DNA of 63,877 nucleotides, the filler included, from Lenisia limosa (lineage: Eukaryota; Protista; Breviatea), in NCBI GenBank assembly GCA_001655205.1. It is 8 parts of 8 records of this genome, joined end to end, with 100 filler letters (N's around TTAATTAATTAA, not from the genome) between each part and the next. Parts side by side here need not be neighbours in the genome. Positions count along the whole stretch, not along the records: positions 27,946 to 31,793 come from LPNZ01000770.1; positions 31,894 to 50,513 come from LPNZ01008927.1; 6 more parts are not named here. One strand, 5' to 3'. How positions within the stretch are numbered: position 1 is the stretch's first letter; the number at the start of each line of letters is the position of its first letter. The notes beneath the pieces were generated by a model. That model was not told where the DNA came from. It saw only the letters and a list, made by a program, of their open reading frames with translations, and did no database searches. Of this stretch, positions 31,301 to 43,207 are shown piece by piece. Position numbers and translations under genes: made by a program.

Positions 31301-31444
31301 TATGCAATGAATTTATCACGTATTGTCCCACATTCATAATGCCCGCAATTAATACCAATCTCAATTATTAACATGATGGTGTGGACGGCTTTTGACTCAA
31401 GTACTTTCATCCTGTGTATGTTCTACATTTCATCCATATCTTGA

Positions 31445-31550
31445 CCACCATCATCTACCATCAGCATCCTATCACCATCACCACCACCATCATCATAATC
31501 ATCATAATCACCACCATAATCATCACCATCACCACCATCATCATAACACA
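31445..31550. repeat. (CAT/CAC/AAT)n trinucleotide microsatellite
   Basis: The sequence caccatcaccaccaccatcatcataatcatcataatcaccacc... is directly visible. It reads as poly-His in one + frame but may be intronic (an AG acceptor follows at ~31569). Confidence 0.85.
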
Positions 31551-31893
31551 CACCAACTCAAAACTCAAGGTGCTCATGGGCGTTTTGTCCAAAGGCCCAA
31601 CCGGTAGTGAACTGAACTCCTCTTATCAAAATCGCAGCAACCCCAGATATATCTCAGACCTTGGCTATGGCCTCAGTAAGATGGATGTGCTACATAGTTG
31701 TCTTTTCGAATCCTACTCCACCTCCAAATATTATTTCATTATTTCATTACCCCCTGTATTATCTCAACCGTATGCTGGAGTGATTGGATGCCGNNNNNNN
31801 NNNNNNNNNNNNNNNNNNNNNNNNNNNNNNNNNNNNNTTAATTAATTAANNNNNNNNNNNNNNNNNNNNNNNNNNNNNNNNNNNNNNNNNNNN

Positions 31894-32508
31894 TCGAAAA
31901 ATGTGTGAATGAATTATTATTTCACTTGGGGAGGTAGCTTCAGGTGGGGCTGGCCTGTTTATTCCTTAAATCTTTAGGAAATTGGACATTTTGCGGGTAG
32001 CTCAGCGATCCAATTTAACGGTTTGCCTTGCTTTATCAATTGCTTATTGATCACCCTAGTGACCACAGACCTCGACCGTATCCAACTGCTTTGTGTTTCG
32101 CGACATTCCCGTCAAGAGGTAGGCCTTACAATACTCAAAACTGTTCCAACAAATGCAGTTTCATGCCCAAGTTTATTACCATGATTCTGATGCTGTTATA
32201 GGACACGAGAGCAATCCAAATCATTGACCTTCCTCCACCGAAAGAAGCGTTTTTCATGCGAACGCCAACAGATGTGAGTACTCAATCTCATGCCTCTTCT
32301 TGCTATATCATCTATGACTGTCCTAATTCACAGGGGCTGGTTGTTGGTCTCCTTGCCTCACTCCTCTCGGCGGCTGTTTTCTGGGCTGTCTCTGGCTTTA
32401 TCAAAAGGTACGCCAGCGCTCGAGGGTTTTTTGAGTCTTTCTTGTTCCTTACGCTGCAGGTCCAATAAGAAGAGTCGTGATTCTGTTGATTGGTTCCAAA
32501 TCCAATAG
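31894..32508 (+). CDS. C-terminal fragment of a single-pass membrane protein
   Basis: Exons DTRAIQIIDLPPPKEAFFMRTPTD|GLVVGLLASLLSAAVFWAVSGFIK|RSNKKSRDSVDWFQIQ TAG: a TM helix, a basic stop-transfer segment and a short tail. The 5' end is lost at the spacer. Confidence 0.55.
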
Positions 32509-32699
32509 CAGCAATTGAGTGAGCATGTGGTGTCATGGGGTTCCGTTTTTCTTAATTCAATTGTTTCTTCATTTCTTTACTGTTTCTTTTCCTGGTTATG
32601 TTTCCAATGGATGTTTCATTATAATAATGAGGATTCCAAACCATATATTAAAACACATTAAAACAACCATAATACTACACACTACTACTGAAGCCATAC

Positions 32700-35083
32700 T
32701 CACTTCAAAAAGAAAGGCACACTCAAGAAATAGGGCCGAAGGGAGGGGATGGTGGGGAGCCAAGGTCGGCTTTTAGGAAGCGGTTCTGATGTTGTTAAAG
32801 TCTGTTCGCTGCAACTGAAACAGACCCACCGATTGCAAATGGAACGGGATTGTGGGGTTAATCACCTCGCCAAAATCTAAAGGAGATAAAGGGTCAATTT
32901 CAAGCTTCTGGAAAAAAAAAAGTACAAATTGGCAGCATTGAAAGATGAGGTAACTGAGCGATTAATTTATTAAAAAAAAATCAGATTTATAGGGGGGGGG
33001 GGGGANNNNNNNNNNNNNNNNNNNNNNNNNNNNNNNNNNNNNNNNNNNNNNNNNNNNNNNNNNNNNNNNNNNNNNNNNNNNNNNNNNNNNNNNNNNNNGC
33101 ACGTATCTGGCTCTGTCCTCGGAACTCGACCAGGTTTTCCTTTTGTAAATTTAAGCTTCTCTCATGTTTTAGGCATTGACATTCGGCGATACAGTGTAGG
33201 ATATGACCACTCGACACAAAACTACAATCTGCTTTTTTCATTTCTACTAACCCTTGTTGCCCCTTGTTTTCAAGAGATTGTATTCCATTTAACAGACTTT
33301 TCATTCCCCGGTAATTCAACCAGGTTTTCTCGTGACGATGAGGCTCTGCTTCGTCCTTCCTTGGAACAAATTGCCAGGAAAGAGCAAGAGGTAAACGAAC
33401 ACTTAGTCCCCCATCTTGCGAAGCATGTCTTCAATAACCACTACCAGTCATTTAAGTGCGTTTTCTGTACATTTTTCAATTCAATTGATCCTTTAGGCAG
33501 GGTAGCTTTTTAATATTGCTTTTATATTTTAATTTTCAGGATATAAAGTCTCAGCTGAAAGTTACTTTGGTGCAAAAAAGCCGGTTTTGGAAAATGGATT
33601 GAATGTTCAAATGAAAAGAATAAATTTCTGAATTTAGCTTGCCAGGCATGGCATGACAGAGATCCGATCAAATGGAGATCACCATCATCTTTTTTGCTGT
33701 GTTGGATTTAGAAGGATGAGGCCAATTTGACTCAGGCGTGGAGGCTATTTGATTTTTCTAACAGCTATGTCGGTCACAGGAATGAGAAGTGTCATGAGGT
33801 ACCTCATAAATGCGATACGGAAGCCGGATGCGTTTGCATTCTTCACCCAGAACCACCTCGTTCATCTTAGTGACATGGTGCTGCGGTTTTTTCTTGTTTT
33901 CTTGTTTTAAGTGGTAGCTTTCTCCAGGCTGGAAAAGCCCCTCCATGCTAGAAGTTTGGGCCTGAAAATGACCAAAACTANNNNNNNNNNNNNNNNNNNN
34001 NNNNNNNNNNNNNNNNNNNNNNNNNNNNNNNNNNNNNNNNNNNNNNNNNNNNNNNNNNNNNNNNNNNNNNNNNNNNNNNNNNNNNNNNNNNNNNNNNNNN
34101 NNNNNNNNNNNNNNNNNNNNNNNNNNNNNNNNNNTCATTTGAAATTCCCCGTTCAATTTAATCGATGTCAAACCGGGAAGAGGTGCAGTTTCTCAAAAAA
34201 CAAAGCAGTTGTTGTTGATATCACAAAAGGTCTCAAGAAGGTTTGATACGATCCCTTTGGTATTTATCTTTCAGAAATCCCTTTCGACCCCCGGACTGTG
34301 TTTTCTTCAGTTGCTATACTATACCCTTTCTGGGATGGCCCATGAGCAATTCAGCAAACAAATGCAAGCAGCCATTTGGGATCGATTAAGGACCATGCTC
34401 TTAAGTTCTATGATGATAATTACGGTTAGCTTTATGTTTGGAATAATCTTAAGTTCTATGCTGATAATTAAGGTTTGCTTTATGTTTGGAATATCAACAT
34501 TGAAACGAGATCTTTGAAATGGAGACCCAGATGCCGAATGATATTCCGCCAATGGAAGAAGATACCATCACACACTCACAAACCAATCTGTATGGACACA
34601 ACACAACGCTGAGCTTCAGAAGATAGGAACCGGCAACAACCCAAAAACTATTACAGAGAGAGTTGTTGAAGAGGTATGTATGAGGAGTTGTAGGACTGAA
34701 ACGTTTTGATTTGTCCCTCTCATCTTACCAATTTAGATTGACCAGTATCGAGGCGCTCTCAAGACTTGTCAGGAACACTCCACATCCCTAGAAGTTGTTC
34801 ACCAGAGCATTATCAATACACCTCTTATTGCGAAAACAGTTTGTCAAATTCTCTGCATCCCTGTGTGAGGGAGCTCTCATTAACTATTACTTGATTATCT
34901 TCCATCATTTTATTGTACCCAGGCTTCATCTATCTCTTTCGAAAGACTCTTCTTTTTTGCAGGAGAACAACTTCTAAGAGAGGCCTATCTCCCGATGTCA
35001 CTGCTAAGGCCATGTTCTGGAGAGAAAATCGCTCTGTAATCTACCCAGCCCTGCTGCACTCTCCATCTGAGTTTAAGCTCTAA
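32700..35083 (+). CDS. Hypothetical protein, multi-exon
   Basis: Exons LLEKKKYKLAALKDE|, FSRDDEALLRPSLEQIARKEQE|, AMSVTGMRSVMRYLINAIRKPDAFAFFTQNHLVHLSDM| and IFEMETQMPND..ITERVVEE| with GT/AG ends. Start and end are approximate. Confidence 0.45.
34400..34494 (+). repeat. 48-bp tandem duplication
   Basis: cttaagttctatgatgataattacggttagctttatgtttggaataat followed by cttaagttctatgctgataattaaggtttgctttatgtttggaata. Confidence 0.9.
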
Positions 35084-35299
35084 TCTGAATAATTCCATTT
35101 TTTTTATAAAATATTCATAATATAGATATATATGCTTCTACTCTTTAGGTGATTAATACAAAGGTTATTGTTTTTTGGAATAATTAGAAGAGAAGTTTTC
35201 AAAAAACAAAAAATAGTGAAGGAGTAAAGGAAAAACAAGAATTATTTATATTAATATGTTTTTCATCAACAAAATAATCATAAAAGATTTTTGATAATT

Positions 35300-38200
35300 T
35301 AATTGCCCAAGGTAAAGGAAGATAATAAGTTGCAAATGATAAATAATTTGTTTATGGTCATTATCAGATACGACAATCAACATCTGATACACATGGTATG
35401 GACATTCCTTGCACCAACCAGATTCATCAGGTAGGGGAAGGGCTGGGGGGCTTGGTAGGGAGAGAGGAGGAACTAAACAGTGAAAAAACTATCTCAAACA
35501 TACCATTACTAATAACACTAGGTGTATTCTGAGGAGGAAAGGAAGAAACGGAAGGAGGAAATGGGGAAGAAAGGTCTAAAGAATGAGTGAAGAGCATAAG
35601 CACCAACAAGGTGAAACATCTTCCAAAGGATACACAGGGACTGTGGGTAGCGCTGACATCACATCCACATGAACAGAATTCTGGAATGCCACTTTGTCTT
35701 GTGGCTCCTTTTGTTCTCTCTTTTTAGCGACTCGTTTAAGCTGTCCACAATGGTAAAGAGCCTGGGGTATCATAAGCATTGTGAAAAGGATAGTGACAAT
35801 TAACGTAGAGGCTCACGGCAGAGATGGGTGGACCCTGACAAGCTTGGCGTTTTTGCCTTTCTGAACTGAGAAGCAGCTGCAAGTTCCTGAGATCCTCCAG
35901 AGCGAACGAATGCGAATTGCTGATTTGACCTGAGGGTGAGTTGACACACTACTCACTATTTACAAAATCCTCGTCAATGAGGGGTTCGGCAGGTAGCCCA
36001 TGTCCATTTTTAGTAAACCATTTGTTGCGATCCCCCAACGCCCGGAGATTTGTTTCAGAGAGCCAGGTAGAGAGCAATGCCTGTTTTGAAACGCAGTGTT
36101 GTATTCGGAAGTCTGTTCTGTGGAGACCCCAAAACACCTCCATTGCGTTATTTAAGACTTCCTAAAGATAATTGTTATTTGATAAAAAAGGGACTAAAGA
36201 GCAGCAATTAGAAATTATCCATTGTTTTCCTGTTAATTTTTTCACATTGATGTTGAAAATATTGTAGACCAAAAGTCAACCACCCATCAAGCCCTCACCT
36301 GATGACAGCTCAGGAGCTGACTAAAGTCGGAAAAGGGCATCTCAAGAGCTGGAGCATAAGGCATGACTTCTATCATCAAGCAAACCGGGTGGGTGTTGGA
36401 TTGGCTGGTAGGGCTGGGCAAGACTTAACCAGAGGGGTTTATATCGGTACCGTCTACTTGGGTCACTCAAGATCTTGGAATAAAGAGTATCATATATACA
36501 CTGACCGGATAAGTCCTAACACGAATGTTTTTCTTAATATTTAAACGAAATTTCATGTATTTTTCAATTCAAAGTTGGGTTTCTGAGACGAGGTATCCAA
36601 ATTTTGGTCTTCCACCATTTTTCAATCTAAAATTATTTAGCGAATCCATTCACTGAATTCATCAAAATTGACTGTATTTCGTACTGTCATTTTTGAATTT
36701 AGTGAAACCCATAGGCTTGTATTTTGAGTGCCAATGTTCACTGTTCTAAGAGTATTCACCAGCATTTGAAGAACAAGTTCGACGTTAAATTGGCGAAGAT
36801 TATCCAACAAGAAGATGACACAGCAAATTTAAGAAGACCTTGATAGCATCTCAACATCGCATGGGACTCAATTGACCATGAGATGATCGCCATTCTGGTC
36901 AGCCATGTCTCAATGCTGCCGTGACGTCATCGCCATTTTGGGTTGCTCGACTCACTACTAAAATGATTTTTTTCTGTGTTTTGGAAAAGGTTTTTTCGTT
37001 TTGACATTTATTTATGATATCATATGAAACCGTATTCCTTTCATTGACTTGAAAAAGGATTAGTTTTGTATAATTGACAATTTGAAATTTAACTTGGCTA
37101 AAACAGCCCAAATATTGTCATTTTTAATGAATTTAGTGAAAGGATTCACTAAATAATCCATATTACGAAAAAAAGTTACAAACACAAATTTGAACACCTT
37201 CTCTAATTTTTCCCACTTTTAATTTGAAAAATGAAGTAAACTTTTTATAAATATAAAGAAAAACATTCGTGTCAGGACTTATCGCGTTCAGTGTATATAT
37301 GATATAATATAATATAGTGTGGAACAGGCGAATCCAATATCCATGGGTTATGCCATACATACTACATACATGTGAGTGCCTACTTTAATTCATAAAAATC
37401 TTCTTTACCCCCGTTGTACCAAAGAGATACTAATCCTGGCAGAGTTAAAAGGTGCTAAGAGAGAGATAAGACCCCAACCTGAAGGTGCAATGTTATATGT
37501 GGCCCACTACAAGGTGAATAAAAGACTCACACCAGAAAGTCAAACTTGATCGTATAATAAGGCGTTTCTCGTTGGAACCTGCGTTCTGTCAAGGCTTGGT
37601 GATGGTGGGATCGTCGCTGCCATTTCTGCTGAAACTAGAATGAGCTCAAACCTAAAACATGACCAAAGCTCCTCCCAGTGATTCAAACATATAACGGTAG
37701 AAGGGGGTGGCTTTGTTTGGCTCTGCAATCACTACTCGACTGATCCGAAGAACCGCGTTCAACTGACACTTATTACTCACATCATAAAAGTAATATTCAG
37801 AGAGAGAGAGGAGGGGGGGGGGGTAAAAATAAAAAACAATACGAANNNNNNNNNNNNNNNNNNNNNNNNNNNNNNNNNNNNNNNNNNNNNNNNNNNGTTG
37901 GCCAAATATTTGCGAAACAGACGAGTGATGAAAACAACAGGACCAGGACAAAGAGCCAATTGTTTTTATCAGACCAAATATCCCTTAATGCGCATGGTGC
38001 TTACATTAGGTATTCGAACGAGGAAAACAGGCGGGATTTGCCTTCCAGGAGCAGCAACCGTAAAGCTGTCTCTGCGATACGGCGCCCCCCGAGTTAACAG
38101 GAATCCTGCATACGAAAATGCTGAGGCATTAAACCAAAGAGTCTCATGGCCACCATATTGCAGTCCTCTCAAACATACGGTCGAAAGTGGAAGTAGGGCA

Positions 38201-38803
38201 AACGCGAAATCCACCAATACACATGCCTTCTCCATTCTTATGATAAGGGTTGAGCCCCACTCGCGGAGCAAGAGAAGATAACCCTTCCTTCGAATTACAT
38301 GTCCAAAGAAGCAGTGGCAGGACCTAGGTGTTATAATGACGAAACGCAAACCTCCTGCTGCGCAAAATGAATGAGCTTTGAGTTGCTGATTGACCGTTTT
38401 GTTTCCAAAAGCCTTGGCTCTCCAACCAAGTTGGGATCCATGCGGCAAGCGGTTTGTCAAGAGTTTGAGGTAAGGGACCCACTTAGGGGGGAAGGAATCT
38501 TGATGATGATTGAAGGTTGATGAGTTTCATCATCATCATCATTGTTGTTGTTGTTTCATTTGAATGTAGGAGGGGGGGGGGGGGAGAAAAGGCATTTTGT
38601 TTTTGGTACATACTTAGTAAATTTAACCGAAATGCCTCTTTATCAGCTGGATATAAACTATCCACCTTCCCTTTCTTCCGCCCTCCTCCCTGACTGGTTC
38701 TGTTTTGTCGTTTTTTTGGAATTTTTTCGATATAGACTTTAGCTTCATCGTTGCGACAACCTGAGAAGATTGTGTTCCTTCGGCATGGCTTCTTCAAAGC
38801 CAT
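35300..38803 (-). CDS. Hypothetical protein(s), multi-exon, interrupted by the Tc1-like remnant (probably intronic)
   Basis: Protein-like exons (GFLLTRGAPYRRDSFTVAAPGRQIPPVFLVRIPN|; EVLNNAMEVFWGLHRTDFRIQHCVSKQALLSTWLSE; ALYHCGQLKRVAKKREQKE) and poly-C acceptor tracts on the minus strand. May be more than one gene. Confidence 0.4.
36499..37293 (+). mobile_element. Internally deleted Tc1/mariner-type DNA transposon (~795 bp)
   Basis: TA on both flanks and imperfect TIRs of ~175 bp starting CACTGACCGGATAAGTCCTAACACGAATGTTTTTC and ending GAAAAACATTCGTGTCAGGACTTATCGCGTTCAGTG. An internal frameshifted remnant AWDSIDHEMIAILV/MSQCCRDVIAILGCSTHY* (36860-36961) resembles the Tc1 C-terminus W..I....L..SMPRR..AVI...G..TKY*. 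Confidence 0.85.
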
Positions 38804-38892
38804 TCAGCGTCTAGGATTAGTGACAGTAGAGAGATAGTACATTATTAGGAGACCATTCAGTGCAACAAGCTCCCCCCTGCAAGAAACTTGTA

Positions 38893-41800
38893 ATGTCTCA
38901 GGCGTTTCTCAAGACTCCTTCACTTACATCGACAAGCTTTTTGTCCACGCCGCCCGATCAATCCAAACAGCAAACCATTAATCTCAAGACCAAAGCAGCA
39001 CCCACTCCCGGAGCATCAAAATACAGCTGGCTTCCCCGCGAGTATGTCAGGTTTTAGTTCTAACCGTTGTTAAGACGACATCTTTTTGATGCAGTTGACC
39101 ATGACTGGTACAACAGGTTAGCCACATAGTTAAGGGGTTGAGAGTTTGATTCTTCTAAAGCCGCTTCATATTTTCAGGTTCAAAAATCCCCAACTTGAGG
39201 CTGATTTCTCAAACTACCTTTGGGTATGTATGGGAGGCTTTTTCTATACAAGACAACCGTTATGACCCCCAAGAGCNNNNNNNNNNNNNNNNNNNNNNNN
39301 NNNNNNNNNNNNNNNNNNNNNNNNNNNNNNNNNNNNNNNNNNNNNNNNNNNNNNNNNNNNNNNNNNNNNNNNNNNNNNNNNNNNNNNNNNNNNNNNNNNN
39401 NNNNNNNNNNNNNNNNNNNNNCGCCTCATATTTAACAACACTTTCGTCAGTCATGAGTCTTGCATCCGGGGTATGAGGACTGCGATACTGTTGTTTTTCT
39501 CTTGCCGCCTTCGAATGATTGATATTTCTTGCCTTCTTTAACAAAGCTGACAGTTTAGGATATGGTTGGTTTTGGAATCCAAATGACGGCACTCTTTGCA
39601 TTTCTCATCGCTAGTTTTGACCTCCGATCAGACAAGGGTAAGGGAAATTCGATGATTGTTTAACCACACTAGGAAAAAGTCGACATGACTTTTCTGTCAC
39701 TATGAGTATTGTTGTATACTATTTGTTGGCAGTGCTTGTCAGCAACATCAGCACTGATTATGGGTCTAATATCACAACACGAAGGTAGCAGTTTCAAAAG
39801 GGTTTAGCTCATTTTTTTTAGAGTGATTGTTGTCATGATTATTCTTCACTCCCCTATCTTGATCTTTCGGACACGGTTTTACAACTGGATCATGAGTTGT
39901 CTCGTTATTGCACCGACCTACTTTGCCTTTGTGGTTTATTACTGTAGGTAACATTGTAAATGTGATCCGTGCTCTGTATTGCAATTGTCATTCTCTTCTT
40001 TTTGCTGTTTATCTCATTCTACAGCGCAAATGGATGGCTTCATCAACGATGGACCGTCAGGAAACACAATTCTGTTCATTAGCCTACCAATGTTTATGTT
40101 TGATTAATGGGAATTGTTTTGTTATCTTTCAGGTTTGGGTTCAAATCATGGGATTCGTCCACTCGAAACGTAGGTTTATTAGCATGTCAATATCATTCTT
40201 ACTTCTCCAGGCCTTTTTGATGAACATGCAGCTTGAAAAAGAGAATGCGAAAATGGCACGAAAGGTTGGTAGGGCGTTGTGGAGGGTTGTAACTTACGAA
40301 TTCCATTCACTGGGTAAAATTTAACGATTATTTTTGGCTTTTGTCTCATGACTTACTCTTATAGTTGGGAGTTGTTGGCCAGTTGAAGCAAGGCAAACTC
40401 ACTGTAAGTCCTGGAGGGTTGTTTTATTATCTTGAAGGTTGACACGGACACTCGGGAGTATCTTCTCTCCACATTTTCCAAAACCAAAGACAATCATCAT
40501 GCCCCCCATTCCAGACATGGTAAGCCGTTGGAATAAAGCTCCTCATAGTTTCATTTTTTGCTGCTGATATTCTCGAAGAGGGCCTGTGGGTCCTTCCTGG
40601 AAAGACGCACACACACTTCTACTTGTCATCCCCTTAGGCTTCATGATTTAGTGTCGCCGAGACGAGGCCTTGACGCACTTCCAAGCCACATCCTCACCAC
40701 TCCTCGCGGCCGGGCAGGGTCTACTCAGTCTATTGCACGTAGGACTAGGGATCTTTATCTATTGAAATTAAGATCATAAGATTTGGGGGTTATACGGGGG
40801 AACATCAAGAATCCGAATATTCCTAACGGTCCAGTTCCCGGTTCTTTGACCCCACTCACCGAGGCCACCCTTCCTGGTGAGTCTGCTCCTCTGGTAATAT
40901 TCCTCTTTCATCTGATCATATTTTACTCGCCATTATTTTTTCTTCATTTTATCCTGCCAGATTCCTCGGGACATGGGCTTGAAACACCAACTTCAGACAT
41001 CGGCAAGACTTTGACTTACCATGTGGGTGTAGAATCCAAGACAATTTGGCTCATGATGTAGACCTCTTCTCACAACTTGGGTGCTTTGGAGAACGGATGG
41101 ACTGACTGGCTTCTCTTTGGAACATCTTTACCGACTAAGCCCATTCCTGAGGTATCTTCTGACATTCCCAAACTCCACCAATGGATTGATATACTGCAGG
41201 GTTCTGCTAGAAGATTGTTTTCATGCTATTTAGCTTACGGTAAATGTCACTGCTGCACCATCTCTAATGACAACCCCACATGAGACTCCAAATGACTCCA
41301 ACGACATCGTGAATGCAGTAGAGCTGGCTATTGATCGCCTGAAGGTACGAATTATGTGATTGCGTAATTGCAACATGCTAATTGTTGCTCCTCTCTATTC
41401 AGCAAGATGCGATAATTTTAAATTCTCCGATTTGCTCTCACCATGCCAGTCTATGGGAGGTTCTTGGCCTTCCTTGGGCTGGACTTATTCTCCATTGCGT
41501 CTTGCCGAGACATATTCCCATCCTCTAGTTGCTGTTGTAGGTGGAGGCTGCTTCTGTATAACACACCATGTCTATGTGTTTACGCTTTAGGGTCATAAAC
41601 TACTGGTTAAGTCTGGTATTACTCGCTCGCTTGGCATACCAGAAGAGAATATCATGCAGGTTTGTCACTGAGTGTTCAATTTTCATCATTCGTTCAGTTC
41701 TTTGCAAACACCGAAGCAGCATACCAACAAAACCCCTACCACAACTCGATACATGCTACTGATGGTAGGTGTCTTTGGGGCAGCTATCTATAATCCCAAT

Positions 41801-43071
41801 TGTCATGGCCCAGTTTCCTTGGCTCTCTAGTTCCCATTCCTGTTAACTCTGTAGTAATGATTTCTGTTTCGGAATTACTCCAGCACTCTCCGTTCAACAA
41901 ATCCATGATGCCTCTTGAAAGTTGGTTTTTCTTGATATCTGAGAGGTACTCACGTTTTTAGTTTTTTCTGTTGTTATTGCAGCGGCAGTTCATGATGTTG
42001 GCCACCCTGGTGTAACTAATGTAAGAGAGTTTTATGTTTTCTTACATGTTTCAAAACCATCTAACACATAGGCCTTTCTGATGAATACGTCAGCCCCCCT
42101 GACCTTGATCTACAATGACCAGAGCGTTCTTGAGTCGTTCCATGCCTCCCTTGGCTGGCGGCTCATCACCAATAGTGGCATGCTCAACTCTCTTCCGCAG
42201 CATCAGCTCCAAATGGTTTGTTGGCATTCAAGTTGCTCTTTGTTCTCTAAAGTCTTGATGAATATTGATTACTTTTTTAAACTGAAATTTTTCTTGTAAA
42301 GTGTAATTATTTGTTTTCAATGGTTTCCTTTACAATAGGTGCGAACCCTTGTTCTCGACTGTATCGCTGCAACGGATATGAAACTGCACATGAGTCTTGT
42401 TGGCAACTTTTCGGAGAGAATTCTAGACAACGGTTTGCTGCCCTTTCTGGTGATCTCTTAAGACATGGACATTTTCACATCGGCTGATGACCAAATTATG
42501 TGTCTAAAAATTGCCTTCAAGGTGAGACTAGTTCAATTGTCTTCACCAAAAATGTCTCAATTAATCTTGATTCAGCTTGCCGACATATCCCATGTCATGA
42601 AGCCTCTCAATGACACCCTCATTTGGACAGAGTAAGTGGCGAACTATTTTGAGTGCACATTTGACCATCTCAGGAAAATCACACAAGAGTTCCTTCGTCA
42701 AGGCGACTACGAGATCAACAACAGCCTTCCTGTTTTGGCTATCATGGACCGCTCACTGCTGAACCTGCCAAAGAGTCAAATCGGCTTCCTCGATTTCGTG
42801 GTCAAAGTATGCGTTCAGTATTTGCGAATGGTGTGGAGAAGATCAAAGAAATAGGAGAGAATAAATAGGAAAAAATGTGGAAGTATTGAATTCCTGACTA
42901 TACGATGTCTCTAATGTCTTTGTCTCAATGAAGCCACTCCCACATATTTAGCCACTTGTCGATGCTTGGATTGAGTTTGCTGGACCCTCTTCACACTTCC
43001 TCTCCACCGCGCTCAAGTCCACTCGGGACCACTGGTCAGAAGAGGCTGTGGCTGCGGTAGCACAGCTCTAG
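38893..43071 (+). CDS. Class I 3',5'-cyclic nucleotide phosphodiesterase with N-terminal transmembrane region, multi-exon
   Basis: Catalytic motifs NPYHNSIHATDV, AAVHDVGHPGVTNAFL, IYNDQSVLESFH, AATDMKLH, KLADISH, EFLRQGD and KSQIGFLDFVVKPL; TAG at 43069-43071. Upstream exons are hydrophobic (RFKNPQLEADFSNYLW; TALFAFLIASF; PTYFAFVVYY). The start codon is tentative. Confidence 0.9.
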
Positions 43072-43207
43072 ATGTTCTTTATGTTGTATTGTTTCTTTTA
43101 TTAGTTAAAGGTTAGGTCATGTTTCAATTTGTATGGGAGAACTCTCACCTGGAACAATGGGGGGGGGGGAGATCTGTAACATTCCGTTATCCCACTTTCA
43201 GCCAGCA

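Noticed and set aside
33180-33330. Minus-strand reading resembling an SPX domain start (KTWLNYRGMKSLL)
   Set aside because: Splice signals and exon quality favour a plus-strand gene here, and the resemblance is too short to support.
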